From Actinomycetota bacterium (GTDB lineage: Bacteria; Actinomycetota; UBA4738; HRBIN12): a stretch of 64,000 bases of DNA. The stretch is taken from contig JAJPHY010000013.1 of assembly GCA_021325015.1 (NCBI GenBank), forward strand, positions 3,800 through 67,799, read 5' to 3'. Every line of letters begins with the position of its first letter. Positions within the stretch are counted from its first letter, which is position 1. The position numbers and the translations under genes were made by a program. The notes under the pieces are model-generated. The model made no database searches. It saw only the letters and a list, made by a program, of their open reading frames with translations, and was not told the origin of the DNA. Shown piece by piece: positions 54,656-63,497 of the stretch.

Positions 54656-55126
54656 TCAGCGGCCCCCGCTCGCGCGGTGGACCATCCAACGCACCAGCCC
54701 TGCGGCCAGACCGAACGCGGCGCCGAAGGCCAACGCCTGCGGGACGCCGAGGAGCACGCGCCCGCCCTCCTCGACCGTGATCCGCGGCGCGAGGGCCACG
54801 CCCACGAACGCGCTCGGGCCGACCGTCACCCCGCCGCCGGCGATCACGCTCTGGCACCCGCCCTGTTCGAAACGAACGTCGCCCTTGGCGACGAGGGGCC
54901 CGCACCCGGCCTGGTGGAGGGTTACATCGCCGCCGGCCACCACCGGACCGCACCCTCCCTGCGTGACGGAGACCGAGCCGCCGGCCATCACCGGGCCGCA
55001 CGCCCCTCGCGCGATCGCGACGTCGTGCCCGTTCACCATGCCGATGAGCGAGCGCTCGACCTGCACGTCGCCCGCCGCCTCGATCGACTTCAGGATGCCC
55101 CGACCCCGGTGCTCGCCGACGTCCAT
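54656..55126 (-). CDS. Tail-anchored protein with four 16-aa Cys-containing beta-solenoid-like repeats (hypothetical, bactofilin-like)
   Basis: ATG 55126 preceded by GGAGGTG. Repeats GACGPVMAGGSVSVT / QGGCGPVVAGGDVTLH / QAGCGPLVAKGDVRFE / QGGCQSVIAGGGVTVG; C-terminal TM (ALAFGAAFGLAAGLV). Confidence 0.5.
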   Translation of the reverse strand: MDVGEHRGRGILKSIEAAGDVQVERSLIGMVNGHDVAIARGACGPVMAGGSVSVTQGGCGPVVAGGDVTLHQAGCGPLVAKGDVRFEQGGCQSVIAGGGVTVGPSAFVGVALAPRITVEEGGRVLLGVPQALAFGAAFGLAAGLVRWMVHRASGGR

Positions 55127-55206
55127 CGTCCACCTCCTCGCGGTTCGCTCCATCCTACGGAGGTCGTTGGGGCGGGGTGATGCCCGAGGCGCCGGTAGGA
55201 TGGTCC

Positions 55207-55278
55207 GGGCGCTTGGCTCAGTGGAAGAGCGCTGCCCTTACAAGGCAGAGGTCGGGGGTTCGAGTCCCTCAGCGCCCA
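55207..55278 (+). tRNA. tRNA-Val (anticodon TAC)
   Basis: Acceptor GGGCGCT/AGCGCCC, anticodon stem-loop CTGCC-CTTACAA-GGCAG, T-arm GGGGGTTCGAGTCCCTC. Confidence 0.82.
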
Positions 55279-56701
55279 CGTTCGGCGTGAGTTGTCGCCT
55301 GACGTCTCCGGGCGGGCTCCTCACCGCGTCCAGTTGATTGCCCGGTCTTGATTGCCCGGTCGTCGGCGCCGTGGCGAGGCCGGCCGCGAGGATCACGCAG
55401 GCCCACAGACCGCCGAGCGCCCACCCGCCGATCACGTCGGTGAACCAGTGCACCCCGAGGTAGATCCGCGAGACGCCGACCGCGAGGACCAGCAGGCCCG
55501 CGACGGTGCCTCCGGCCACGCGGGCCCGCGTCGACCGGTGGCTGGTCAGCACGACGGCGAGGATCACGAACGCCGCGGCGGCTTCGGTCGCATGGCCGGA
55601 CGGAAAGGACCAGCCGGAGACCGAAAGCAACCGGTCGGCCACGGGGGGTCTCGGCCGGTGGATCCAATCCTTGAACCCGTCGTACAGGAGGATCGCCCCA
55701 CCCACAGCGAGCGCGACTGCGGAAACCGGCCGCCAGCTCCGCCTCCGGACGGACACGAGGGTGCCGACGGAGAGCGCGAGCGGCACCAGCACCCAGTTGG
55801 AGCCAAGGAAGGTGATCGCCGTCATGACCGCGTCCACGGCGCTCGCGCGATGGTCGACCGCGAACCGCAGCACTCGCGGGTCGAGCATCGCGGCCTCCTC
55901 CCTCGCGATCACGTCCTGCGTTACCCCGGCGAACACCCAGCCGCAGAGAGCTCCGCCGACGACCGCCACGGAGAGCGCGAACCCTCTGGGCGAGCTCGGG
56001 TCGAACCGGCGCTCGAGCCACCGGACCTGCTCCGGCCATCGCCGCCGCGCGCGGGCGATCGGCCCGCGCTCGGCCGCCTCGGCCCGCCGCCACACCCGGA
56101 TCAGGCGACCGCCGATCAAGACCACCAGCACCGTCACCAAGAGTCCGAGACCGACCCGGCTCGCGATCCCCTCCACCTGCCTCCACGCCGCCCCGGCGAA
56201 GAACCCGAGGAGCACGAACGCCGTTCCCCACAGCAGTCCCCCGAGGGCGTTGTAGAGCACGAACTGCCCGTAGGGGACCTCCGACATCCCGGCCAGTCCG
56301 GGCACCATCACGCGGAGTGCGGCCGTGAACCGCCCGAAGAACACCGCGCGTCCGCCGCGACGTCGCACGTACGCCTCGGCGTGGTCGAGGTGCTCGTCGA
56401 TCCTGTGACGAACGAACGGGATGCGTCGACCGATCGAGGTCAGGATCCGCCGACCGAACTCGCGTCCGACCCAGTAGCCGATCGAGTCCCCGGTGATCGC
56501 CCCGAGCACCGCGGCCGCGATCGCGGCCCACAGCACGACCCGCCCTTGGTACGCGAGCACGCCGCCGAGCAGCACCGCGATCTCCCCGGGGAAGACGAAG
56601 CCGATGAAGGTGGAGGCCTCGAGGGTCGGACCGAGGAAGACGATGGCCAGGGCCACGGGCCCGTGAAGGGATAGGATCCACTCGACCATGCCGGCGATCA
56701 T
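55238..56701 (-). CDS. DedA-family (VTT/SNARE-associated) membrane protein fused to a C-terminal PAP2 phosphatase domain
   Basis: N-terminal DedA core (FVFPGEIAVLLGGVLAYQG...GDSIGYWVGREFG...GRFTAALRVMVPGLAGMSEVPYGQFVLYNALGG); C-terminal PAP2 motifs (KDWIHRPRP...SFPSGHA...SRIYLGVHWFTDV). Start is ATG 56701 or 56689. The last ~13 codons run antisense through tRNA-Val. Confidence 0.72.
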   Translation of the reverse strand: MIAGMVEWILSLHGPVALAIVFLGPTLEASTFIGFVFPGEIAVLLGGVLAYQGRVVLWAAIAAAVLGAITGDSIGYWVGREFGRRILTSIGRRIPFVRHRIDEHLDHAEAYVRRRGGRAVFFGRFTAALRVMVPGLAGMSEVPYGQFVLYNALGGLLWGTAFVLLGFFAGAAWRQVEGIASRVGLGLLVTVLVVLIGGRLIRVWRRAEAAERGPIARARRRWPEQVRWLERRFDPSSPRGFALSVAVVGGALCGWVFAGVTQDVIAREEAAMLDPRVLRFAVDHRASAVDAVMTAITFLGSNWVLVPLALSVGTLVSVRRRSWRPVSAVALAVGGAILLYDGFKDWIHRPRPPVADRLLSVSGWSFPSGHATEAAAAFVILAVVLTSHRSTRARVAGGTVAGLLVLAVGVSRIYLGVHWFTDVIGGWALGGLWACVILAAGLATAPTTGQSRPGNQLDAVRSPPGDVRRQLTPNVGAEGLEPPTSAL

Positions 56702-56830
56702 CGCCGTATCTTGCCGCGTCGGGGACTCGAGCACCGCGGGACCGTCGAGCGCGTCCGGAGATCACGCATCCCTCACGGGTCGGCGGGGGCGCCCGGAACA
56801 ACGAGTGCGGGACCCGTCCGACGGAGGCCG

Positions 56831-57589
56831 TCAGCGCAGAGGGGCGAGCCCCAGGCCGATGCCGGCGAGCACGGCGAAGACCGTCGAGATCACCGTTTCG
56901 AGGTAGCCGATCCGCTTGATGGGCGGCCGGGACTCGGAGCGCAGGATGCCGGCGAACGTCTTGATCGCACCGGGGACGAGCGCGATCGGGACGAGCGGAT
57001 GGATCGCTCCCGCGGCGAGCGCTCCGAGCGCGCACACCAGCGCGAGCGCCTGCCAGAGGAGGGCGACAAGCCCGTTTCGGGCACGGATGGCGACGGTCCG
57101 GTCAGCTCGACGGCGCCGGCGGACGCGCTCGCGAACGTAGGGCACGGTCCCCCCGAATGAGGCGAACGCGCCGGCGGCCGCGAGCGGCCACCGATCCGAG
57201 CCGCCGCCGAGGAGCACCCACGCGAAGGGAGCGAGCAGCGAGATGCCGGCGATCGCCGCGAGCTGCGTCGGGACCGACCGGGCGCCCGTTCGAGCGCGCG
57301 CGACCGCGTACACGACTCCCACGGGGGCTCCGGCGCCCGCGATGCCGAGGAGGGGTCCCGCGGGACCTCGAACGAGCGCGAGCAGGCCGAGCGCCGAGAG
57401 CGCGAGGCCGAGCGCAACCGCCCGGCGAAACGCCCGCGACCGCAGGCGTGGGTGAGAGAGCGCCGACACCGCGGCGGTGAGCGGAACGAAGAGGGTTCCG
57501 AACAGCACGGCGAGCGCGAGCCCGAGGAGGTCTCGCCCGCCGGCCCCCACCCCGGCGATCACGCCGAGCAGGAGGGCGTGCATGGCCAT
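56831..57589 (-). CDS. Polytopic membrane protein (hypothetical, YwiC-like)
   Basis: About 250 aa, 6-8 hydrophobic helices. Start is uncertain (ATG 57589 vs ORF-track 57682). Confidence 0.45.
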   Translation of the reverse strand: MAMHALLLGVIAGVGAGGRDLLGLALAVLFGTLFVPLTAAVSALSHPRLRSRAFRRAVALGLALSALGLLALVRGPAGPLLGIAGAGAPVGVVYAVARARTGARSVPTQLAAIAGISLLAPFAWVLLGGGSDRWPLAAAGAFASFGGTVPYVRERVRRRRRADRTVAIRARNGLVALLWQALALVCALGALAAGAIHPLVPIALVPGAIKTFAGILRSESRPPIKRIGYLETVISTVFAVLAGIGLGLAPLR

Positions 57590-57703
57590 GAAGCTCGCTC
57601 CGTGCTCCTTGGGGGCGAGCCCGAGGCGCGCCCCAGGGGCGGGCGTCTCCGCGCCGCGCGCGCGAGCCGGGCTCTTGAGCACGGCGAAAGTGTACGAGAC
57701 CGC

Positions 57704-58009
57704 TCAACGATCGCGGGCGCGCTCGGCTCGCTTGCCCAGCCCGCGCCCGCCGCCGCCGAGCAGCCCGAGGTCCACGGCGACGCCGAGCACGATCAGCAGC
57801 ACGCCTCCGGCCTTCAGGCCCCCGCTCGGCGTCGCGAACGCGTTCTTGGCGATCGCGTAGGCGATCGTGGTCGTCGGCAGGACGAAGAAGCCGAGCGTCG
57901 GCCAGAACCACCCGCCGAAGGCGCGCGCGAGGTAGTTCGTGAACAACCACAGGACGAGCAGCACGAACCGGGGGGTGACGAACGAGACGAGGACGACCAG
58001 GCAGCCCAT
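57704..58009 (-). CDS. Small 3-TM membrane protein (hypothetical)
   Basis: 101 aa (MGCLVVLVSFVTPRFVLLVLWLF...). Its ATG overlaps the SDR TGA stop (ATGA), suggesting co-translation. Confidence 0.45.
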   Translation of the reverse strand: MGCLVVLVSFVTPRFVLLVLWLFTNYLARAFGGWFWPTLGFFVLPTTTIAYAIAKNAFATPSGGLKAGGVLLIVLGVAVDLGLLGGGGRGLGKRAERARDR

Positions 58010-58794
58010 CAGTACCCGGCCGTGCTGCCGAAGTCGATCGGGACGCACGCGCCGGTGATCGGGGCGGCCTCGGGCGAGGCGAGGTAGACGATGAGCGCCG
58101 CCACCTCCTCTGGGCGGATGAACCGCGCCCGCTCCCGCTGCGGGTACTTCGCGAGCAGCGCATCCAGATACGCTTGCGGGTCGCCGCCGCCGTAGTCGCG
58201 CGCCTGCCCCGCCAGCATCGGCGTGTCGACGTCGTTCGGGCAGACGGCGTTGACCCGAACCCCCTTTGGAGCGAGCTCGAGCGCGAGCGACTTCGTGAGC
58301 AGCGAGACCCCGCCCTTCGAGGCGCAGTAGACGGCGGTCTCGGCCGTCCCGACGAGTCCCGCGTCGGAGGACAGGTTCACGATGCACCCCTCGGTGCGCT
58401 CGAGATGCGGGATCGCGAACCGGCACGCGAAGAACGTGCCCTTGAGGTTGACGTCGATCGTGCGGTCCCACTCCTCCTCGGTGGTCTCGGCGGTCGGCCC
58501 CTCGACCCAGACCCCGGCGCAGTTCACGAGGACGTCCAGCCGCGAGCGGCGCTCGACCGTCTCCTCGACCATCCGGCGGCACTCGGCCACCTCGCGGACG
58601 TCGACCTGGACGGCGTCGACGCGGTCCCGGTGGGCCGCGAGATCGGCAACGACCTCGAGCAGGCGCTCGCCCGAGAGGTCGGCCAGCGTCACGAGATCGC
58701 CGCGCTCGAGGAAGCGTTCGGCGACCGCGCGGCCGATCCCTCCGGCGCCGCCGGTGACGAGGACCACTCTCTCGACCTGCCCCACGGCTCGCAT
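58009..58794 (-). CDS. Short-chain dehydrogenase/reductase (SDR) family oxidoreductase
   Basis: TGGAGGIG Rossmann motif, NCAG, catalytic YCASK. Confidence 0.85.
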   Translation of the reverse strand: MRAVGQVERVVLVTGGAGGIGRAVAERFLERGDLVTLADLSGERLLEVVADLAAHRDRVDAVQVDVREVAECRRMVEETVERRSRLDVLVNCAGVWVEGPTAETTEEEWDRTIDVNLKGTFFACRFAIPHLERTEGCIVNLSSDAGLVGTAETAVYCASKGGVSLLTKSLALELAPKGVRVNAVCPNDVDTPMLAGQARDYGGGDPQAYLDALLAKYPQRERARFIRPEEVAALIVYLASPEAAPITGACVPIDFGSTAGY

Positions 58795-58905
58795 CCTATC
58801 CGGGGCCGGGCATCGCTCGTCTCCCCGACAACGGGACTATCGGCCTGAGCCAGAACGTCACGCCTCGGGCACCATGGGGCCGTTCGAGCGACGAGGGGAC
58901 GTTCG

Positions 58906-60270
58906 ATGGACGCACTCGACCTGTCCAGGTGGCAGTTCGCGGTGACGATCGGGTTCCACTTCCTGTTCGTGCCGCTCTCGATCGGGCTCGCGTTCCTGGT
59001 CGCGGTGATGCAGACCGCCTGGTACCGGAGCGGCAACGAGACCTACCTGCGCATGACCCGCTTCTGGGGCAAGCTGTTCCTGGTCAACTTCGCGCTCGGC
59101 GTGGTCACCGGTATCGTCCAGGAGTTCCAGTTCGGCATGAACTGGTCCTCGTACTCGAGGTTCGTGGGCGATGTGTTCGGGGCCCCGCTCGCGATCGAGG
59201 GCCTGCTCGCGTTCTTCCTCGAGTCGACGTTCCTCGGCCTGTGGATCTTCGGGTGGAAGCGCCTGTCGCCGCGCGTGCACCTCGCGACGATCTGGCTGGT
59301 GGCCTTCGGCACGATGGTCTCGGCGCTGTTCATCCTGGCCGCCAACTCGTGGATGCAGCATCCCGTCGGCTACCGGGTGAACCCCATCACCGGCCGGGCC
59401 GAGATGCGCGACTTCTTCGCGATGCTCACGAACCCGGCCCTGCTCGCCCAGTACCCGCACACGGTGCTCGCGGCGCTCGCGACCGCCGGAATGTTCGTGA
59501 TCGGGGTGAGCGGCTACCACCTCCTGCGCCGTCGCGAGCAGGACGTGTTCCTGCGTTCGAGCGCGATCGCGCTGGTCGTCACGCTCATCGCCGCGCTCGG
59601 CGTCGCGTTCTCCGGGCACGCCCAGGCTCAGCTCATGACCAGGGAGCAGCCCATGAAGATGGCGGCCGCGGAGGCGTTGTGGGAGACCGAGCGAGGGGCC
59701 GGGTTCTCGCTCTTTGCGATCGGCGACGTGGAGCACGGACGGAACCACATCAATATCCAGCTCCCGCACATGCTGTCGGTCCTCGCCACGAACACGTGGA
59801 ACGGCACCGTGTACGGGATCAACGATCTGCAGACGAGGTTCGAGCGGCAGTACGGGCCGGGCAGCTACATTCCGGTCGTCGGGGTCATGTACTGGTCGTT
59901 TCGCCTGATGGTCGGCGCCGGCCTGCTGATGATCCTGTTCGCGGCCGCGGGCCTGTGGCTCGTGAGGCGTCGCAGGCTCGCCGAGGCGAGCTGGTTCCAC
60001 CGCCTGGCGCCGTGGGGGATCGTGCTGCCGATCGCCGCGAACCTGCTCGGCTGGACGTTCGCGGAGATGGGGCGGCAGCCGTGGGTCGTCTACGGGCTGC
60101 TGAAGACCAATGCCGCGGGCTCGCCGTCGGTGGGGGCGGGGTTCGTGCTCGTCACGCTGATCGGTTTCACGCTCGTGTACGGGTTCCTCGCGGTCCTCGA
60201 CGCAGCCCTGCTCGCCCGAATGGCGAAGGCCGGACCCGCGGGGGCATCGCCGGCGCCCGAGGCGTACTAG
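58906..60270 (+). CDS. cydA: Cytochrome bd ubiquinol oxidase subunit I
   Basis: MDALDLSRWQFAVTIGFHFLFVPLSIGLAFL..., Q-loop, GWxxxEMGRQPW motif. Confidence 0.95.
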   Translation: MDALDLSRWQFAVTIGFHFLFVPLSIGLAFLVAVMQTAWYRSGNETYLRMTRFWGKLFLVNFALGVVTGIVQEFQFGMNWSSYSRFVGDVFGAPLAIEGLLAFFLESTFLGLWIFGWKRLSPRVHLATIWLVAFGTMVSALFILAANSWMQHPVGYRVNPITGRAEMRDFFAMLTNPALLAQYPHTVLAALATAGMFVIGVSGYHLLRRREQDVFLRSSAIALVVTLIAALGVAFSGHAQAQLMTREQPMKMAAAEALWETERGAGFSLFAIGDVEHGRNHINIQLPHMLSVLATNTWNGTVYGINDLQTRFERQYGPGSYIPVVGVMYWSFRLMVGAGLLMILFAAAGLWLVRRRRLAEASWFHRLAPWGIVLPIAANLLGWTFAEMGRQPWVVYGLLKTNAAGSPSVGAGFVLVTLIGFTLVYGFLAVLDAALLARMAKAGPAGASPAPEAY

Positions 60271-60279
60271 GGGGCGGAC

Positions 60280-61314
60280 ATGGACGGACACGGATACCTC
60301 AACCTCCCGACCCTGTGGTTCGCGCTGATCGGCGTGCTGTGGATCGGCTATCTCTTCCTCGAGGGGTTCGACTTCGGCGTCGGGGTGCTCTTGCCGTTCC
60401 TGTCGCGGGACGACCTCGACCGGCGCGTGATCGTGAACACGATCGGCCCGGTGTGGGACGGCAACGAGGTCTGGCTCCTCGTCGCCGGCGGCGCGACGTT
60501 CGCCGCCTTCCCCGAGTGGTACGCCACCTTGTTCAGCGGCTTCTACCTCGCGCTGTTCCTCATCCTCGCCGCCCTGATCTTCCGTGGGGTGGCGTTCGAG
60601 CTCAGGGGCAAGGACTCCCGCCCGGCGTGGCGCGCCTGGTGGGACCGGGCGATCTTCTGGGGCAGCGCCGTCCCCGCTCTCCTGTGGGGAGTCGCGCTCT
60701 CGAACGTGCTCCGGGGGGTGCCGATCGACGCGAACGGCGAGTGGGCGGGCTCGTTCCTGGACCTGCTGAACCCCTACGCGCTCCTCGGCGGCGTCACGAC
60801 CCTGCTGCTGTTCACGCTGCACGGGGGCGTGTTCCTCACGCTTCGCACCGACGGCGAGCTCCGCGACCGCGCGCGTCGGGCCGCCCGCTGGCTCGCGGTC
60901 CCGGCGACCACGGCGGTGCTCGGGTTCCTCGCGTGGACGTTCTTCAACGCGCGTGAGAACGACGGGGTCGTCCCCGGGGTGGTCCCGGTCACGGCGCTCC
61001 TCGCGGTCGCGGCGGTCGAGTGGCTGCTTCGGGAGCGGCTGGACGGCTGGGCCTTCGTCGCGACGGGTGTGTCGATCGTGCTGCTCACGGCCACGATCTT
61101 CCTGAACCTGTACCCGCGGGTCATGCCGTCCAGCCTCGGGGCGGCCAACGATCTCACGATCTGGAACGCGTCCTCCTCCCACTACACGCTGAAGGTCATG
61201 ACGATCGTCGCGCTGATCTTCACCCCGGTCGTCCTGGCCTACCAAGCCTGGACGTACTGGGTGTTCCGCAGGCGCGTGCGGCGGGAGGACGTGGCGGAGG
61301 GCTCGCCCGCCTAG
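60280..61314 (+). CDS. cydB: Cytochrome bd ubiquinol oxidase subunit II
   Basis: LPTLWFALIGVLWIGYLFLEGFDFGVG... is a typical CydB start; 9 nt after cydA. Confidence 0.9.
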   Translation: MDGHGYLNLPTLWFALIGVLWIGYLFLEGFDFGVGVLLPFLSRDDLDRRVIVNTIGPVWDGNEVWLLVAGGATFAAFPEWYATLFSGFYLALFLILAALIFRGVAFELRGKDSRPAWRAWWDRAIFWGSAVPALLWGVALSNVLRGVPIDANGEWAGSFLDLLNPYALLGGVTTLLLFTLHGGVFLTLRTDGELRDRARRAARWLAVPATTAVLGFLAWTFFNARENDGVVPGVVPVTALLAVAAVEWLLRERLDGWAFVATGVSIVLLTATIFLNLYPRVMPSSLGAANDLTIWNASSSHYTLKVMTIVALIFTPVVLAYQAWTYWVFRRRVRREDVAEGSPA

Positions 61315-61325
61315 GGTTGCGCGAA

Positions 61326-61341
61326 TCGAACACATGTTCTA
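61326..61341 (+). promoter_or_regulatory. LexA/SOS box (Cheo-box type) upstream of radical-SAM DNA-repair-like gene
   Basis: TCGAACacatGTTCTA: perfect GAAC-N4-GTTC core, 11/12 to the actinobacterial TCGAAC-N4-GTTCGA, 15 nt upstream of ATG 61356. Confidence 0.6.
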
Positions 61342-61355
61342 TTCTCGCCGGTGCG

Positions 61356-62324
61356 ATGGACGGGCGGCTGTTCGAGATCGGGCGCCGGAGCTTCGACACC
61401 CCGGAGTTCCGGGGTTTGGAGTTCATCGAGGTCGAGGCGAGGAGCGTCATCAACCGGGTTCCCGGCGGGATGCCGTTCGACTACACGATCAACCCGTACC
61501 GGGGTTGCAGCCACGCCTGCGTGTACTGCTTTGCCCGGGTGACCCACACCTACCTCGACATGAGCGCCGGCCGCGACTTCGAGACGAAGATCGTGGTGAA
61601 GGTGAACGCACCCGAGGTCGTCCGTCGCGAGCTCGCCGCGGCCCGGTGGAGGGGGGATCCGATCGCGATGGGAACGGCCACCGATCCGTACCAGCGGGCC
61701 GAGGGGCGGTACCGCCTCATGCCCGGCATCCTCCGCGCGCTCATCGACTACCGGAACCCGTTCTCGATCCTCACCAAGGGCACGCTGATCCTGCGCGACC
61801 TCGACCTACTCCGCGAGGCGGCGGCCGTCGTCGGCGTGTCGACCGCGTTCTCGATCGCCACGCTCGACGAGGAGCTCTGGCGTCGGACCGAGCCCGGGAC
61901 GCCGAACCCCCGGCGGCGCATCGAGGCCGTGGCCGAGCTGAACGCCGCCGGCGTCCCGTGCGGGGTGCTGGTGGCGCCGGTGCTGCCCGGGATCAGCGAT
62001 CGACCGGGGATGCTGCGCGAGGTGGTCCGCGCATCGCTCGACGCCGGCGCGACCCACGTGTCGCCGATCCTGCTCCACCTGCGACCGGGGGTGCGGGAGG
62101 AGTTCCTCCGGTGGCTCGAGGAGACCTATCCCGACCTCGTTCCACGCTACCAGCGCACGTACCGGACCCCGTACGCACCGGCCGCCCATCGCCGGGCCCT
62201 GGGCCGCATGGTCGGCCGGATGGTCCGGGCGCTCGGGGGAGTCCGTCCCGCGTCCGTCCCGAGGCGGTGGCGGCCGTCCGAGCTCTCGGAGCCCGCCGCC
62301 GCGACGCAGCTCACGCTGGTGTGA
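61356..62324 (+). CDS. Radical SAM protein, SplB/'DNA repair photolyase'-like (Rv2578c family)
   Basis: INPYRGCSHACVYCFAR CxxxCxxC cluster motif; overall colinear with the SplB-like family. Confidence 0.78.
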   Translation: MDGRLFEIGRRSFDTPEFRGLEFIEVEARSVINRVPGGMPFDYTINPYRGCSHACVYCFARVTHTYLDMSAGRDFETKIVVKVNAPEVVRRELAAARWRGDPIAMGTATDPYQRAEGRYRLMPGILRALIDYRNPFSILTKGTLILRDLDLLREAAAVVGVSTAFSIATLDEELWRRTEPGTPNPRRRIEAVAELNAAGVPCGVLVAPVLPGISDRPGMLREVVRASLDAGATHVSPILLHLRPGVREEFLRWLEETYPDLVPRYQRTYRTPYAPAAHRRALGRMVGRMVRALGGVRPASVPRRWRPSELSEPAAATQLTLV

Positions 62325-62343
62325 GCACCCGCATCCGATACCC

Positions 62344-63054
62344 TTGGGGGGGATGGACCGGCTGCTCGAGCTCCAGGAGATCGACTCGGCGATCGACCGG
62401 CTCGAGGCCCGCAAGCGGCTCCTCGAGGAGGGTGGAGATCTCGCCGCCGCCCGTGCCGCGATGGAGGAGGCCGAAGGACGCCTGGGCGAGCTTCGGCTCG
62501 CGCTCGACGCCCTGACGCGCGAGCAGCAGCGCCTCGAGCACGAGATCGACTCGATGTCGCGCAAGGCCGAGGCCGAGGAGCGGCGCCTGTACGACGGGAG
62601 CATCGCCAACGCCAAGGAGCTCGAGGCGCTCCAGCACGAGATCGCGAACCTGAAGGAACGCCGGAGCCGGTCCGAGGACGAGCTGCTCGAGCAGCTCGTG
62701 CGCCGCGACGAGCTCGAGGCCCGGGCCGCGGACGCGCAGGCCGAGGTCGACGGAGCTCGAGCCCGGGTGGAGGAGGTCGGGGGCGACGCCGTTCGGGAGC
62801 TGGAGCAGATCGAGCGCGAGCTCGCCGAGCGGCGGGCGGCCAGGGCCGCCCTGGTGCCCGAGCTCGACGAGGAGCTGCTCGCGCTGTACGAGGAGCTCCG
62901 CCCGCTCAAGCACGGAGTCGCGGCGGCGGCGATCGTCGACGGGGTGTGTCAGGCCTGCCGCGAGAAGCTCTCAGCGATGGAGCTCGACCGTCTGAGGAAG
63001 ACCGACGGCGTGAAGAGGTGTGAGTACTGTCGGCGGATCGTGGTCTTCGCCTGA
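62344..63054 (+). CDS. Coiled-coil protein with C-terminal C4 zinc ribbon (DUF164 / Rv2229c-like)
   Basis: Long heptad-rich region, then CQACREKLS...CEYCRRIVV; precedes rnhA as in mycobacteria. Confidence 0.7.
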   Translation: MGGMDRLLELQEIDSAIDRLEARKRLLEEGGDLAAARAAMEEAEGRLGELRLALDALTREQQRLEHEIDSMSRKAEAEERRLYDGSIANAKELEALQHEIANLKERRSRSEDELLEQLVRRDELEARAADAQAEVDGARARVEEVGGDAVRELEQIERELAERRAARAALVPELDEELLALYEELRPLKHGVAAAAIVDGVCQACREKLSAMELDRLRKTDGVKRCEYCRRIVVFA

Positions 63055-63497
63055 TCGTCGCCTGCGACGGCGCCGCGCGCGGGAACCCGGGACCGGCCGG
63101 GATCGGCGTGCACGTGACCGACGAGCGCGGTCGCGTCCGGGCGGAGATCGCGCGGGGCATCGGCATCGCCACGAACAACATCGCCGAGTACACCGCCGCC
63201 ATCGCCGGCCTCACGTGCGCGGCGGAGCTCGGCGCCACCGACGTGCTCCTGCGCTCGGACAGCAAGCTCCTGATCGAGCAGCTCGAGGGCCGGTTCAAGG
63301 TCCGGAACCCGAACCTGCGGCGGCTCCACCTGCAGGTGCGGCGGCTCGCCGAGCGGTTCCGCCACGTCGGGTACGAGCACGTTCCCCGGGAGCTGAACCG
63401 CGAGGCGGACCGGCTCGCCAACGCCGGGGTGGACGAGTGGCTCGCGGCGGCGCGGGCTACGGGCTCGGGGAGCTCGGGGCCGCCGGAGCCGGCGTGA
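63051..63497 (+). CDS. rnhA: Ribonuclease H (RNase HI-type domain, Rv2228c N-terminal-domain-like), apparent CTG start
   Basis: LIVACDGAARGNPGPAGIGV (catalytic DG), ...NNIAEYTAAIAGL...LRSDSKLLIEQL...READRLAN. The only in-frame start upstream of the catalytic Asp is CTG 63051, overlapping the upstream TGA. Confidence 0.7.
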   Translation: MIVACDGAARGNPGPAGIGVHVTDERGRVRAEIARGIGIATNNIAEYTAAIAGLTCAAELGATDVLLRSDSKLLIEQLEGRFKVRNPNLRRLHLQVRRLAERFRHVGYEHVPRELNREADRLANAGVDEWLAAARATGSGSSGPPEPA

